Positions 63,201 to 64,000 of a stretch of DNA of 64,000 nt are shown one piece after another. The notes below the pieces were generated by a model that saw only the letters and a program-made list of their open reading frames with translations, did no database searches and was not told the DNA's origin. Every line of letters begins with the position of its first letter. Within the stretch, counting starts at the first letter, position 1. Made by a program: the position numbers and the translations under genes. Origin of the DNA: Narcine bancroftii (lineage: Eukaryota); the NCBI RefSeq assembly GCF_036971445.1, contig NC_091481.1, forward strand, positions 11,160,001 to 11,224,000, read 5' to 3'.

Positions 63201-64000
63201 AGCTAAAAGAACTGTATTGGCATCAAGGAAAAAGGACAAACAAATTACATATAATCCAAAGGAGATTAATGAGAACTTTAAGGAATTTTATGAACAATTA
63301 TACCAAACTGAGAATGAGGGGAAAGATGATAAAGTAGAAGAGTTTTTAGCTAAAATTGAACTGCCGAAATTGCAAGAAGAGGAACAAAACAATCTGATAA
63401 AACCATTTGAAATAGAGGAAGTACAGGAGATATTAAAAAAGCTGTCGAACAATAAAACGCCTGGAGAGGATGGATTCCCAATATAATTCTATAAAACATT
63501 TAAAGAGTTATTAATTCCTCCTCTCCTGGAAGTAATGAACCAGATAGAAGAAACACAAAACTAAGACAGCAATAATTACAGTAATACCAAAGATGGGGAA
63601 GGATCCACTAATACCAGCATCATATTGACCAATATCTCGACTTAATTCAGATTATAAGATAATAGCAAAATTATTCACAAACAGATTGGCCGACTGTGTA
63701 CCAAAAATATTAAAACAAGATCAATCTGGATTTATTAAGAAAAGAAGAACAGCGGATAATGTCTGTAAATTTATTAATTTAATTCATGCAGTTCAAGAAA
63801 ATAAGATACCAGCAATGATGTTGCTTTAGATGCAGAAAAAAGCCTTTGACAGAGTAGAATGGAATTATTTATTCAAAGTATTACAGAGGTTCAATCTACC
63901 AGAAAAATATATTAATTGGATTAAAGCATTATATAATGGACCATTGGCAAAGTAACAGTAAATGGATATGTATCAAACCAATTTAAATTAAGTAGGTCAA
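60260..64000 (+). mobile_element. L1/Tx1 LINE with intact 5' end, frameshifted ORF1 and degenerate ORF2, running off the window
   Basis: ORF1 motifs (IESAHR, PRSVLVKF, YPDIS), endonuclease (QE.H, ARGVAILI, NIYAPN, GGDFN, SRIDMF, SDH) and RT start (KTPGEDGF). Confidence 0.92.

Overview
Vertebrate genomic DNA, most likely a cartilaginous fish (ray or shark), judged from the repeat repertoire: CR1, Rex1/Babar, RTE, L1/Tx1, Penelope, Gypsy and V-SINE-like elements. All exons were assembled by hand from GT-AG sites and phase matching. Three spliced genes lie on the minus strand. (1) A complete 8-coding-exon TSPAN33 (CDS 2788-19665, 278 aa). (2) A 4-coding-exon gene (24285-35934, 136 aa) encoding only the C-terminal pro-region of legumain (end of the activation peptide plus LSAM), with no catalytic domain or signal peptide, and with substitutions at the auto-cleavage sites and at one Cys of each disulfide. 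(3) The headline finding: an 8-coding-exon gene (43426-58636, 971 aa) whose exons join in frame as signal peptide - B7-type IgV - transmembrane helix - dileucine microexon - NACHT - LRRs - helical tail. This would be a type I membrane NLR with an extracellular Ig domain where PYD/CARD normally sits. It has duplicated candidate first exons with IRF/ISRE-like elements. The rest of the window is transposon-rich, including two three-level nested insertions and an ORF1-only (HAL1-like) L1 derivative. Comparisons to human proteins are from memory; no database search was run.
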